Of a DNA stretch of 64,000 nt, positions 1 through 11,889 are shown one piece after another (the stretch's first letter is position 1; each line of letters starts with the position of its first letter). This stretch comes from Eledone cirrhosa. Lineage: Eukaryota. The stretch is taken from positions 85,560,001 through 85,624,000 of the forward strand of contig OZ024745.1 of the NCBI GenBank assembly GCA_964016885.1. The letters are read 5' to 3'. A model generated the notes under the pieces. That model saw only the letters and a program-made list of their open reading frames with translations. It searched no databases and was not told where the DNA came from. The translations under genes were made by a program, and so were the position numbers.

Positions 1-34
1 CCAAAATCCTATATCCACCACACAGACTTCCGCA

Positions 35-499
35 TTGCATTATAACCAGCAGACTAACGCACAGAATAATTGTAACTGTAGAGCTAATAGAACCTGCCCT
101 TTAGATAAAAAATACCTAACCAAGGATGTCATATACTCATGCACAGTCACGACTAATAACTCTTCAGAAACCTATGTAGGCTCCACTTCTAACTGCTTCA
201 AAATCAGATATAACTCGCACATCCACTCGTTCAAAAAGCACAGCCTAGCCAACTCCACCTCACTTTCTAGCTACATACACTATCTAAAATCTAAAAATAA
301 ACCATACACACTCAAATGGGAAGTGATAGGCAGCGCGACCTCGTACAAACCACCTAATAAATTCTGTAACCTCTGTATACTAGAGACACACAATATTATC
401 TTCTCCAACCGTAACCTACTTAACAAAAAATCTGAGGTGTTTGCAACTTGCCAGCACCGCCTCAGACATTCCTTCCAAAACTTTAAGCCCTATATATAG
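35..499 (+). CDS. PLE C-terminal Cys-knuckle and GIY-YIG endonuclease (partial ORF)
   Basis: CNCR..TCPL, VIYSC..TYVGST, FKIRYNSH, CNLC..E and LNKKSE motifs. Confidence 0.9.
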   Translation: MHYNQQTNAQNNCNCRANRTCPLDKKYLTKDVIYSCTVTTNNSSETYVGSTSNCFKIRYNSHIHSFKKHSLANSTSLSSYIHYLKSKNKPYTLKWEVIGSATSYKPPNKFCNLCILETHNIIFSNRNLLNKKSEVFATCQHRLRHSFQNFKPYI

Positions 500-1942
500 C
501 AATGTCGGACTGGAACCTAACACCACATCTAGCATCAAACACCAGAGACACACCCTATACTACATACCCAACACTAGCTGATCCATTATAACACAAACAA
601 CGACATCCCTCTGGAACCCTTCGCAGGGAAAATACCCATTTATACCTCTACGGCAGGTGTGACAACATCCACCCACTTGGACGGCACTACACCGCTCTAA
701 GGGTAATTTGAGCATGAATTGATCGGTTGGATGGTGTTGGGCAGAGGAAACACCTTCCTTAGACAGATGTAAAATGATTTAATCGAGTAGCGCTGTTGAC
801 CAGTAGGACCGGGCTGCTGAGCGCAGTGAGTGAATGCAATGCAACTGCCGTGCGGGTTGTACGTATATGGATGATCTGACGGTCAGAGAGGGGTCGCGAG
901 GACTGCGGATTGACCTTTGGCCTGCCTGGGGACGATTATCTTTCGACATCCAATGTAGCAAGCGATGACCCAGATCTTACCAGAGATCATTGGGTCCTGA
1001 AGCAATCCTGCAATCACCGCGCCTGGTCATATGAGCAGACTACAACCACAGAGATCATTAATTTAGAATCCTCGCTCATCATCTATAATTTCCATTTGTA
1101 ACACCTTAAGATGGGTTAATCCACCTTAATAATAATATGATCACCTTCAGCATAATTTAGTTAAACTACTCTATAGTTAGTACACTTTATGCTTTAAAAG
1201 TCTCTCTTGGAAGGTGCACCTCACCATAGATTTTAGGGTCTATATTGGGACACATTTTAATGGCTAGATATAGAAACCCCAGAGTTACCTCCCCGCATGC
1301 ATTAACTCCCCTTAGCCACACACACACTTCCGGTATTCAATGGCGTTTCTCGAAACGTAACAACCTCCTGTATCGAACTAAAGAACACCAGACTACGATC
1401 TCTAACTGGATTGTCGTGGATTATGTGAAAGGCATATAATCGAAATATACACTCCCTTGACCATGAAAATGCCGAAGTACATGAATTACTTGACATCCCT
1501 GCGCTGTGCATCTCCAATACTTATAACACTTTTAATGCTTGCACTATCTTTAATGCTTATAATATTTCTCCACACACAGACTATATCAATCATATAAAGA
1601 CTTTGCCACCAGATCTACCAACCTAACACTCTTATTTACCTACCTAAGTGCCTCTACCACACATATCTCTCTGCCACACTATATAAACAAGACGCACATG
1701 CGTGCCACACATATAACATTTGCACTATATAACCACTTATCTTCATGTTGTACTTTAACCTATATCTTTGATTTTTGATTGTACCTATTAATATAAATGT
1801 AATCTCGAAGTGTGTACTGCCACTCTAAATTCTGTAATGAATGTTGACCCACAATGTTTGAATATGTATCAATGTTTGAATATGTATTGGTATGTCTCTC
1901 GGCTGAAAAGGAGGTCATATAACTGTCCATGCATTAATAAAT

Positions 1943-1989
1943 TGCTCCGAAGAATCCAAACCTCGGTTTGGAGGAAACAGCTGTAAGCA
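1943..1989 (+). ncRNA. Minimal type-I hammerhead ribozyme (U4C core)
   Basis: tgct-CCGAAGA-a[tccaaacc tc ggtttgga]g-GAAA-cagctg-TA-agca. Confidence 0.75.
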
Positions 1990-2027
1990 CAATAATGTTT
2001 TGAACAGTTCTTTGATTCTTATATTTC

Positions 2028-2066
<39 letters not shown>

Positions 2067-2116
2067 GATATATATATTATAGAAATATTATATTATATAT
2101 ATATATCATATTATAG

Positions 2117-2345
2117 TGAAGGCGTGTAGCTGAGTGGTTAGAGAATTGGATTCACAATGTTAAGGTTGTGAGTTCGATTCCTAGACCGGGCGATGCGTTA
2201 TGTCCTTGGGCAAGACACTTTATTTCACGTTGCTCCTTCTACCTGGAGTTGCGACCGATAGATAGTACTAGCAACTGGAAAGACCAACGGAAACATTGTT
2301 TCCTCGGTCCGATTTGACGAAAGTCGATCGAAAAAAAAAAAAAAA
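2117..2345 (+). mobile_element. tRNA-derived SINE
   Basis: A-box-like tagctgagtggtt, B-box gttcgattcc, gtccttgggcaagacac body and A-tail. Second copy at 53505-53722. Confidence 0.75.
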
Positions 2346-2493
2346 AATATCATATTATATATATATATTATATACATATATTATATTATTTATATATATA
2401 TTATATATATATATATTATATTATCATTATATATATTATATATATATATATATTATATATATATATGTATTATATATATATAATATATATATA

Positions 2494-2525
<32 letters not shown>

Positions 2526-2526
2526 T

Positions 2527-2592
2527 ACATATAGGGCGGAGCCCCAGCATGGCCTCAGCCGGATGGCTGAAACAGGTAAAGGAGTAAAAGAG
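2527..2592 (+). repeat. ~65-bp GC-richer tag inside (TA)n (probable SINE/LINE 3'-end remnant), copy 1 of 4
   Basis: tagggcggagccccagcatggcctcagccggatggctgaaacaggtaaaggag, repeated at 10713, 20243 and 23740. Confidence 0.85.
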
Positions 2593-2767
2593 TATATATT
2601 ATATGTATATATATTATATATATATATATAATATATATATATATATTATATATATATATAAATTATATATATATTTATATATATATTATATGTATATATA
2701 TATTATATATTTATATATATATTATATGTATATATATATTATATATATATATATTATATATATATAT

Positions 2768-4883
2768 GCCGACAAAACTAATAACATATACAGCCTAGAT
2801 TATAATACGTATAGAAAGTTTATATATAATGAACTACATAAAAGCTACAAGAAAACCACTATGAAAAACTTGGAAGATATTAATATGGAAGGCTATAATA
2901 TAGTATCCAAACTAGGGCTCCAGAGACATACACAACCTTACACCCCAAACCCCCCTAGATTCTCTCTGAAGGACCATAAGGTAGACTTCATTAGCAACCC
3001 CTCGATTAGACTAATTTGCCCCTCCAGGTCTGACATTGGCATTATCAGTAAAAAAATCCTAGACAAAATCATCCCACAGATTAAACACAAGATTTACCTT
3101 AAACAATGGGGAAATACGGGTGAAGTGATCGAATGGTTCAAAAATATCATAGATAACAAGGATAAAAAATTTATTCAATTTGATATCAACTCTTACTACA
3201 CCTCTATTTCCCCTATCCTACTAAATAAGGCACTTATAATGACCATGGACAATAGTGACTTGACTAGACCCCAGATTGATGTCATACTTGCGGCCCGTAA
3301 AACAATAATCACCTTTGAAGACCAATTATGGACCCGCAAGGATACGCAAAACAACTTCGACATTACTATGGGGTCTAGTGACTCGGCGTAGGTCACTGAT
3401 TTAGTTGGCCTATACTTACTTAACCTAATCCACAGGGAACTTCCGTACCTCAGCGGTGGTTTGTATCGCGACGATACACTTCTACTTATAGACTATAACA
3501 AATTCAATATAGAAAGGACTAGAAAACTATCGCACAAAACATTCAAAAACTTTAACCTTAGTATTACCATGGACAAAAACACCAAAAACGTCAACTTCCT
3601 GGACGCCACACTCTACTTAAACTCAATGATATATGCACCTTTCCTCAAACCAAATGAAAAACTCATCTACGTAGATACCAAGTCTAACCACCCTAAATCT
3701 ATATTGAACTCTATCTCTAAGGGAGTATCTAATAGAATCTCTAATCTATCCTATGACATAAACACATTTAACAATAACTCGCAGTATTATAATCAGGCAT
3801 TAGCTAGATCAGGCCATAATACAGGGATAGAGTTCCTACCTACAAAAACACAGCTACAACATCATTTCACACATGTCCATGGGAAAATTTAATAATAGGA
3901 ATAGCAACTGCACACACACTAATAGGGATTGTAACAACAAAAGTAACCCGCACCACAGAATTGACCATAGGGACATTAAAGGAAACAAATCACCAGACAT
4001 AAAAAACAGAAATAGAAGAAGAAATAATACATTTTTCAACACTCCTTTCAATTTAAACGTCTCTACCAACCTTCCTAGGGCTTTCTTCTCACTACTAGAT
4101 ATACACTTCCCATCCGGCCACAGGTACCACGGCCTTTTAAACAAAAACACTATTAAGATCTCATACTCTACTACGCCTAACTTAGCATACCACATAGCTA
4201 GTACAAATAAAAGAAAAATTAATTCTTACTTCCAACAAACTAAATCACAACGGTCGATAAACCTTCAAAATAACATTCAAAATAACAGTCAAAGTAACAT
4301 TATAACAAATAACCGTAATATCAATGGAAATAATAGTAATAACACTAGTGTAAACATTAACGCTGCGTACCACAACCCACATAACCATAACCCTATAGCT
4401 AACATCCAAACTTCTACACAGAATAGTAACCGGCAGACTAGCACCCAGAGTAATTGTAACTGTAGATCAAGTAGAACCTACCCTTTAGATAAAAAATGCT
4501 TAACCAAGGATATCATATACTCATGTACAGTCACAACTAGCAGCTCTTCTGAAACCTATATAGGCTCCACTTCTAACTGCTTCAAAACTAGATACAATTC
4601 GCACCTCCACTCTTTCAAAACACACAGTCTAGCCAACTCCACTTCTCTATCTAGCTACATACACCATCTAAAAACTAAAAATAAAATATATACACTTAAA
4701 TGGGAAGTGGTAGGTAGTGCAACATCGTACAAACCACCTAATAAATTTTGTAACCTCTGTCTACTAGATACCCATACTATCATCTTCTCTAAACATAATC
4801 TCCTTAATAAAAAATCAGAAGTGTTCGCAACTTGCCAACACCGCTTCCGACACTCGTTCCAAAACTTTAAACCCTATATATAA
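2768..4883 (+). pseudogene. PLE RT-EN ORF with premature stop (3389-3391) and frameshift (~3860)
   Basis: LKDHK, QFDINSYY, MGSSDSA*, LYRDD, NFLDATL, SNHP, YIGST. Homologous to the 38992-40955 ORF. Confidence 0.9.
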
Positions 4884-6803
4884 TAATGTCAGACTGGAAC
4901 CGGCACCACCCCTAGCAATTAACATCAGTAACACACCTTACACCTCACATCCACACCCATTTCTATACTCTAAAGATAATACTGACAGCATTTTAGTACC
5001 ACCTACCCTGGGAATACCCCCTTGTACCTCTAATTCTGATATCTCAACCGTGGACTACTTATTATGCATTGTACAAATATAAGATTAGTATAAACTGGGG
5101 ACACGGTACTGGTTGCGATAACATAATCCTGTGCATGGATTCCCACCAAGAGATAGATTGATGATTAGATAGATAATCGTATTGTTATGTGAATATATAC
5201 TGTAAACGATCAGTTCAATGAATTATGCACGGGAGATGCATGAGTTAGGAGCATCTGTGTTGCCTGGTGACCTGACCGGCACCTTTTGACGAAAGAACCG
5301 GCCACCGGACCACCCTGGTGAACTTACCGGCGACGCAGTCATACTACGACCTGAATCTCGCCGGGAGTCATGTATGATAATAAGACCATTACTGATAGTG
5401 AGACCCATGTAGTTAATTATGTAGTCTGACTCTTCTTATGGATTGGCCGGGTGTGGCACCCCATGTTGGATTGTAGTCATCATGATACGAACTCCTTTAG
5501 TACTTGTTACTGGACTCCACTCTAACTTGTGGATGGGATACCTGATCTATATGTGGGACGTGGGTTTATGTATTGCTTGGTGGCCAGACAGGCGCCCTGG
5601 TATGAGAGATTTAATCTCCAGATTGTAATCATCTTGATGTGAACTCCTTTAGTACCTATTAATAGACTCCACTCTGGCTTGTAGATGTGATACTTAATTG
5701 ATTTATATATGAGACGGGGGTTGTCTATTGCTTGATGACCAGACTAGTGCCTTTATGTGAGAAATTGGATCTCCGGACCATACCGAAGATTTACTGGAGA
5801 TTCAGACATGCAATGACCCGGAGCCTACCGGGTGGCATATATAATAGCGGGACCATACCAGGTCCTACTGTTATATTACATTTGCATGGAACAGTGACTT
5901 GAGAGTCTGACTCCTCTTATAGAACGTTCAGATATGACACCCCTTAATGGATGGTAATCATCCTAATATATACACCCTTGTACTTCTTAATGGACAACTC
6001 TCTAACCTATAAATGGGTAACATACTCTAGAAATTAGTTATAACTTCATATGATAGGCACGTATTTGAATCACCATTAATGTAGTTTAGGATAGTAATTT
6101 AACTAAGATAACTAGCTAGTTACCTCCCCTTACGCATTAATTCCCCTTAGTCATTCAGACACTTCCGGAATCTGGACAGCATGATCTATCAATTAAGAAC
6201 CGACTGGATACGGTTTATAGCTTGATTATATGCTGAACCACCGCGAATTATACGATAGACAAGTGTTCTCTATATATATTGCGTCTCATGGATTATGTGA
6301 GTGGTGGTGTGAGCGAAGACAGTGGTACGGCTTTGCCTACGATACAATAAGGTTTATAGTATGTGGAAAGTTTTTGATATTTTGGTGTTTCCCTGCATCC
6401 GAGACTGTATATCATACAGATGTATGAGAATAAATGACTTAATAATCCAGCCCACATAATAAGATCGATTGCCTGCTTCAACTGCCTGACCCTGCAAATA
6501 TCATTCTGACGCACTCTAATCATGTATAAATAAGACACGCGTGCATGCTACACGTGAGACTGTTTCATACACTGACTACTCTAAACTTTCCTCTTGCTTT
6601 ATCTTCATAGACTGCCAACGCTTCATGTTTATCTTTATTTTCATTCTTGTTTTTATTTTATTTTTATCCTGTAACCTTTATATGTAAATTGCCATGCTAT
6701 ACCATTTGATGAATGTCACCCCACTGTTGATCAATATGCGCATATGTTTTATGTGTCTCTTGGGTTGAAAAGGAGGTCAAGTATGTTATAGATCAGTAAA
6801 TAG

Positions 6804-6852
6804 TTGCTCCGAAGAATCCAAACCTCGGTTTGGAGGAAACAATTGTAAGCAA
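6804..6852 (+). ncRNA. Minimal hammerhead ribozyme (U4C core)
   Basis: ttgct-CCGAAGA-stem II-GAAA-caattg-TA-agcaa. Confidence 0.75.
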
Positions 6853-6909
6853 ATAAATGACTTAAACTGAACTTTGATTATTGTAATCTCTATATGTATA
6901 TATATATAT

Positions 6910-6946
<37 letters not shown>

Positions 6947-6992
6947 ATTTATTATATATATATATATTTATATATATATATCATATATATAG

Positions 6993-7045
<53 letters not shown>

Positions 7046-7180
7046 ATGCAAAAGTTCAATTTAAAATTCTTGGGATACAACAAGTAAATATTTTATAACT
7101 GATATAAAGCACTCGACAAGTTTTTGGAGTAGATATACGATATTAAATAAATGGAAACAATATTTATGAAACCATATTTA

Positions 7181-7241
7181 TTTCATTATACATATTTCAG
7201 GGATACCAAATTAAAATATGGTATGCCTTCATCAGACAAAA
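7181..7241 (-). ncRNA. Minimal hammerhead ribozyme
   Basis: ttttgt-CTGATGA-aggcatacca..tggtatccct-GAAA-tatgta-TA-atgaaa. A mutated inverted copy lies at ~10321-10381. Confidence 0.75.
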
Positions 7242-8676
7242 TACAATATATAAACAGTTTTATAAATAATTTTGACGTACCCTATTAGATGCGACCATTA
7301 TTTTTGGAAGCTGTCTGGATAGTGAGATGTTTATAATTATTTTATTAGTTATAGTGTTAAGCACAGTTAGAAAAAAGACGGAGAGACAGAAAAAAAACGG
7401 AGAGAGAGAAGGAGTGAGAAAAAGAAGGAGAAAGAGAAAAGGAATGTATGCAGAAAAGAAAGATATATATAAATAGATAGGAGGAAATGAAAAAGAAAGA
7501 AAAAAGAAAGAAATAAGAAAGACAAAGAAAGCATCAGAGAGATAATAATTCATCATACAGATAGAGAAACTCAAGAGAGAGGAAGTACTATATAGCGAGA
7601 GGAGGATATAGTGACAACTTTACGTCATGTCATATTAAGTCGAATTAACAATTCATATGAAATGAATAATAAAACTGTAAATATCAATATTCATGAATGA
7701 GACAAAGATATATAATATGAGAAAATAACATTGTTCAATAATGACCATATGTTTAGTTTAAAACCTTGAGGTCAATTTACCAAAATCTGAGTTAAAACCT
7801 TCAAAAAATACCCTATTTATAAAAATACGGATACACATATGTATATATATATACATACACGCATATGTACGTCCTGAAAAAAGAGAAAATTATGTCTACT
7901 CCAGTCAATAATATAGACATACAAATGATTTCACTTGATCACTTCTATACATTTCTTGTGTTATAAAAATTTCACAGTATATATACACAAAAATACGATT
8001 AATATTCATGTCCTCATATATATGATTACCGTTCATGTATTTAATATTATGCATATCTGCAACACACATCAACATATACACACACAACCATACATACACA
8101 TACATATGTTTAAATAAATATCTGCGTGAGTTTTCCAGCATCGTTATGCATATATACAGACATATATACGAACACATAAATAAACTCTATAAACCTTTTA
8201 TATGCATGTTAATACACACAAATGGCCTTTGTATAGAGATAATCAAATATCAATATATTAATACAGAAATATCAAAGCATTAAATATCTTTAACACACTA
8301 TAGAGTATCTCAAGTTAAAATAATATGTTTTATATATTTATTATAGAAATCTATCTTACCTATATCTCAAACAAGATATTGCAAGGGTAGACATATGAAA
8401 GTTATTAGAAGCTATCATAGTCAAAAAAACAAATAAACAAATTAAAATAATTTAAAAGATTTAGAAGACCCAGTGATTCTACGGATGCCCTTATATTTAG
8501 TATAGAAATTTATCTTACGTAAATTTTATTTAATACATTGGGAGCATATACATTTTAGAGTAGTTTATTATATCCTTGTTTATATTTAGGAAGAAAGTTT
8601 AAAAAGAAAAAGGTGAAGGAATCTAATGATTTATCGTCAGGTTTCATATATTAACTAAATTTCTTAATTAATTATA

Positions 8677-10298
8677 CTACATTTTAAATTTATATTTATA
8701 TTTAAACGTTGAGTTCAATCTATGCTTGCAGCAACTGAATAAATTGCTCCTTAAATTAAGGGAATGTTTGGACTTTAATATAAAGAATATTTCCTCTATA
8801 CAAAGATCACAACTCTCTGATGAGGAATTAAAAGGAATACCTTTTGAGACAATATTCCAAATCATCGAATATTTAACATTATCTCGTTTAAGGTGACAGA
8901 GTAGGCTAGATAGCGAAGTTGAGGATTTTTTGTTTGGATCTATGAAAGAATTCTTATGATTATTGAAGCGAAGTTTAAATTCTGTCGAGGTGGAACCAAC
9001 ATAGTTGAAAGAATTTAAATTAGTTTTAACATTACAATTGTACACTACATTTTTAGCTAAGCAGTTGTTATTTAACGGACAGTTAGATTTATTTCTACAG
9101 TTACAGTTATTTAATTGAATATTGTTTGGGTTATTATTGGTATTTTGGTTAGGTTTTAAATTCCTATTACTAATTCTGTTAATATTTTGTGCTAAATTTT
9201 TGGTGGACGAGTAAGTTAATTTTATAGTGTCTATTAAAATTTGAGTGATATTTATGTGTTCTAGGGAAGCGCTTGTCAAGAGCATTAAAGAATAGTTTAG
9301 CAATATGGGTTTTAATATTTAGTGAGAAAGGGGGGGCAAACCATAATATATTTCTAGTTCTATTTCTTTTTCGGCTTTTGGAATTATTGTAATGTTTTCT
9401 ATTATAGTTGTTAAAGTTGTTACCGTAATTAAAATTGTTATTATTTTGGTTAGTTTGCTTATTATTATCTATGTATTTAATTTTATCTCTATATCCTGCT
9501 CTAGCTAACGCTTCATTGTAATACTGCACTTTTTCATCAAACATATTTTTATTAGATGAAATTCTTGAAATTCGTTCTTGAACAGTGTTCACTATAGTAT
9601 TTTTAACAGATCTGGGGTGATTAGAGTTAAAATTGACATAATTCAAGTTCTCATTTAGTTTGTGAAATGGATAGTGAAGACATGTGTTGAGATTTAGTGT
9701 TACATCCAGAAAATTGACTATTCTATGGTTATTCTCTATTTCTATTTTTAGATTAAGGTAATTAAAAAATTGTATAATTTGTTTTCTTTTTCTATTTAGT
9801 TCACAGCTATTATTTTCAATAAGTAAAAGCATGTAATCACGATATAATCCTCCGGTTACACCTGGTATTTTTCCATGTAGCGAATTAATTATAAATAGGC
9901 CCACAAGGTCCGTTACCTGAGCTGAGTCAGATGATCCCATAGTTATGTCGAAATTATTATCTCTATCTGCCCTAGTCCATAGTTGGTTATTAAATTCTAT
10001 AAATGTTTTCCTTGCCGATAATATAATGTGCATTTCATTGCTAGTTAGGTCGGTATGTTTAAATGCGTAATTTAGTGCCTTATTCAGTAGATTAGGAGTG
10101 ATAGATGAATAGTAGTGTGCAATATCAAGCTGAATAAATTTATTATTATAGTTATGTTTAATTTCTTTAAACCACTCAATAACCTCTCCAGTCGACTTCC
10201 ATAACTTTAAGTAAGGTAAATTATGTAAGTTTTTAATTTGTTGTATTACCCTGTCTAGAATTTTTTTGCGAAGTTTTCCCAAGTCAGATTTTGGGAAA
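8677..10298 (-). pseudogene. PLE RT-EN ORF, frameshifted near 9210
   Basis: QLDIAHYY, MGSSDSAQV, LYRDY (catalytic D mutated), CNCRNKSNCPL, YVGST. Confidence 0.88.
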
Positions 10299-10424
10299 GT
10301 ATATAAACATATATATTGTATTTTGTCGGATGAAGGCATACCATATTTTAATTTAGTATCCCTGTAATATGTATAATGAAATAAATATGGTTTTATAAAT
10401 ATAGTTTCCATTTATTTAATATCG

Positions 10425-10463
<39 letters not shown>

Positions 10464-10477
10464 TATATATATATATT

Positions 10478-10512
<35 letters not shown>

Positions 10513-10555
10513 ATATATATCTTATATATATATATATATTATATGTATATATGTA

Positions 10556-10599
<44 letters not shown>

Positions 10600-10671
10600 A
10601 CATATATATTATATATATATATATATTATATATTATATATAAATATATATATATTATATATATTATATATA

Positions 10672-10712
<41 letters not shown>

Positions 10713-10713
<1 letters not shown>

Positions 10714-10779
10714 CATATAGGGCGGTGCCCCAGCATGGCCTCAGCCGGATGGCTGAAACAGGTAAAAGAGTAAAATAGT
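10713..10779 (+). repeat. ~65-bp tag in (TA)n, copy 2
   Basis: Near-identical to 2527-2592. Confidence 0.85.
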
Positions 10780-10858
10780 ATATATTACATATATATATAT
10801 TATATATATATATATATAATATATATATATATCTATTATATATTATATATATATATTT

Positions 10859-10941
<83 letters not shown>

Positions 10942-10971
10942 AACAAAAGATGGTTAAAAGAGTTCCATGTA

Positions 10972-11038
10972 TTTTATTATGCGCATTTCAAAAACAAATA
11001 TCATCATGCAATAATATTTGTGTTTTCATCAGATAAAA
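10972..11038 (-). ncRNA. Minimal hammerhead ribozyme (3' pLTR of PLE4)
   Basis: ttttat-CTGATGA-long stem II-GAAA-tgcgca-TA-ataaaa. Confidence 0.8.
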
Positions 11039-11889
11039 CATGAAGACATGATATGAAGGTTAAAAAACACTTGTGGATAGTTCAGTTTTAAATCAACATA
11101 TGAGAAGTAGTCTTAGATTGATGTGTGATATTGGGAAAAATATTTTATTTAGAGGGGGGGGTGGAAAGGATGAAAAAAGGAGGAGATGAGAGTAAAAAGT
11201 GGAGAGGGAGGAGTATAATGAGGAAGGATGAGATAGGAGGAGAGATGGGTGATAGAGAGAGAGAGATAGCTTTTATAACTGAGAAAGATATATTGTTTTA
11301 CATAGAGAGGTTGAAAACCGTTGGGAGATAATGAATAAATTAAAAGAATTTGAAAATTAACGAAGAGAAAAATAATGTAAAGTTAAGGTTTGTATATTGA
11401 GGGGTTTGATAATATGTGCGATGAAAAAAGAAAATGTTAATATGTATTGAGAATAATGTTTAAGGGTTTAATAATATGTGCGATGTTAAGAAGATGTTGA
11501 TATGTATTATTAAAAGGAACAACAGGTTATTTAAGTAAGGAAATATTGTGAGATGAATGAGTTAGATGAAAGGGAGAAAAGAATAATGAATTGAGGATGA
11601 ATAATCTAACGTCAAAAAAATGTATATGTTTACGAAGGATTTTTACAAGGTGATATAGAGTAAGAATGTATTGTATTATGTAATAATTGATTCTATGTTA
11701 GGCAAGAGTGAGAAAGGGTACAGATTCGGGGTTAGACATTAAAAGAAGAAGAGAAGAATGAGTAACAAGTATTATAGAATGCTTAATAACCTTTGAAATA
11801 AGGTAGAAAGATGGGTATATTTTTAAAAGATGTGTATATATATATATGTGTGCCTTTGAGAAAAAGATTCTAAATTGATAAAGAATTGA

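Larger units (their letters stand above)
1..2030 (+). mobile_element. PLE copy 1 (3' part: EN domain, long 3' UTR, pLTR with HHR), truncated by window start
   Basis: GIY-YIG ORF followed by ~1.5 kb UTR that ends in (TA)n. Colinear in inverted orientation with 36510-39480. Confidence 0.9.
2768..6890 (+). mobile_element. PLE copy 2, 5'-truncated, YRDD-type RT (Nematis/Neptune-like, clade tentative)
   Basis: Starts directly after (TA)n at ADKTNN. RT, EN, 2-kb 3' UTR and HHR, then (TA)n. Confidence 0.9.
7048..10425 (-). mobile_element. PLE copy 3, 5'-truncated, with inverted pLTR fragment at its 5' end
   Basis: RT-EN at 10298-8677. 10310-10425 is an inverted copy of ~7135-7250. Confidence 0.88.

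Noticed and set aside
2117-2190. tRNA-like sequence (also 27891 and 53650)
   Set aside because: SINE heads followed by SINE bodies, with no complete cloverleaf seen
10300-10411. N-terminal extensions of ORFs 9179-10411 and 38992-40986
   Set aside because: Read-through from the antisense pLTR across the inversion junction, not true N-termini
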